Source: Candidatus Coprovicinus avistercoris
Lineage (GTDB): Bacteria; Actinomycetota; Coriobacteriia; Coriobacteriales; Atopobiaceae
Length of the DNA: 24,000 bases
Direction: 5' to 3'
Assembly (NCBI GenBank): GCA_018714895.1
Contig: DVMQ01000018.1
Coordinates: forward strand, 2,491-26,490
Shown: piece by piece, positions 23,402 to 24,000 of the stretch
Numbering within the stretch: the first letter of the stretch is position 1
How the letters are laid out: each line of letters begins with the position of its first letter
Made by a program: the position numbers and the translations under genes
The notes under the pieces: generated by a model
Seen by the model: the letters and a program-made list of their open reading frames with translations, nothing else
What the model was told of the DNA's origin: nothing
Database searches by the model: none

Positions 23402-24000
23402 ATGGCAGCTACACCCACTCCGCACAATGCGGCCACAGAGGGACAGATTGCAAAAACGGTACTTATGCCAGGTGATCCTCTGCGCGCTCAATTTATTGCT
23501 GAGAACTACCTTGAGGATGCCGAGTGCTTCAATACGGTGCGCAATATGTTTGGCTACACCGGCACCTATCATGGTGAGCGCGTTTCAGTAATGGGCTCCG
23601 GTATGGGCATTCCTTCAATCGCAATTTATTCGTATGAGCTTTATAACTTCTACGATGTGGATGCGATTATTCGTATTGGTACGGCTGGTGGTCTGGCAGA
23701 AGATGTAGAGCTGCGCGATGTAGTTATCGGTATGGGTGCTTGCACCGATTCTAACTATGCCGCTCAGTTTGAGTTGCCAGGCACTATTGCACCTATCGCA
23801 AGCTGGGATTTATTGCGTCGTGCGACGCAGGCTGCTGAAAAGATTAACGTGCCTTATAAGGTCGGAAATATTCTATCATCAGATGTGTTTTATGCTGATC
23901 CTGAGGTCTCACGTAAATGGGCAAACATGGGCGTATTGGCCGTGGAAATGGAGTCTGCTGCACTGTATCTGAATGCTATGAAGGCTCACAAGCAAGCACT
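23402..24000 (+). CDS. deoD: Purine nucleoside phosphorylase, DeoD type (3' end beyond the window)
   Basis: This gene is absent from the ORF track because no stop occurs before the window end. My translation from ATG 23402 is MAATPTPHNAATEGQIAKTVLMPGDPLRAQFIAENYLEDAECFNTVRNMFGYTGTYHGERVSVMGSGMGIPSIAIYSYEL...LRDVVIGMGACTDSNY...LAVEMESAALY. It closely parallels E. coli DeoD. GGAGGAG at 23389-23395 lies inside the deoB 3' end, and the gap after the deoB stop is 3 nt. Confidence 0.9.
   Translation, partial: MAATPTPHNAATEGQIAKTVLMPGDPLRAQFIAENYLEDAECFNTVRNMFGYTGTYHGERVSVMGSGMGIPSIAIYSYELYNFYDVDAIIRIGTAGGLAEDVELRDVVIGMGACTDSNYAAQFELPGTIAPIASWDLLRRATQAAEKINVPYKVGNILSSDVFYADPEVSRKWANMGVLAVEMESAALYLNAMKAHKQA

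Noticed and set aside
1-24000. CRISPR arrays, transposases, IS ends, integrases, toxin-antitoxin or defence-system genes
   Set aside because: No regularly spaced repeats, no terminal inverted repeats flanking ORFs, and no ORFs with recombinase- or nuclease-type motifs were seen. Every ORF of substantial length is accounted for by a housekeeping or metabolic gene.

Overview
This is a mid-GC chromosomal window packed with housekeeping genes. I saw no mobile elements, no CRISPR array and no rRNA or tRNA genes. The left two thirds follow an actinobacterial-style order. It runs: SARP/BTAD regulator (open to the left edge), secA, prfB, a YitT-family membrane protein, tal, ftsE-ftsX, rnr, an acidic TPR-like protein, smpB, a flavin reductase plus mini-rubredoxin pair, a gamma-carbonic-anhydrase-like gene on the minus strand, and ssrA (tmRNA). 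The right third is anaerobe-type accessory metabolism. It holds an iron-dependent alcohol dehydrogenase. Convergent on that gene is a minus-strand operon of a Crp/Fnr-family regulator, a YjjI-family glycyl-radical enzyme and its YjjW-family activase. Next come psuG and an HTH-fused PfkB kinase (psuK/YeiI-like) on the minus strand. They are divergent from deoB and deoD; deoD runs off the right edge and is absent from the ORF track. The GRE, rubredoxin and Fe-ADH content on this actinobacterial backbone suggests a Coriobacteriia-like anaerobe, but that is inference only. The best candidate for an undescribed system is the regulator-yjjI-yjjW operon. To my knowledge YjjI has no assigned reaction. 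Here its codon usage looks like that of a highly expressed gene, and it sits inside a nucleoside and pentose salvage neighbourhood, as E. coli yjjW-yjjI does next to deoCABD. Several ORF-track starts appear too far upstream (ftsE, smpB, flavin reductase, rubredoxin, gamma-CA, ADH, Crp); I re-called them from Shine-Dalgarno spacing. All coordinates and hairpins were worked out by hand. No database search was run.
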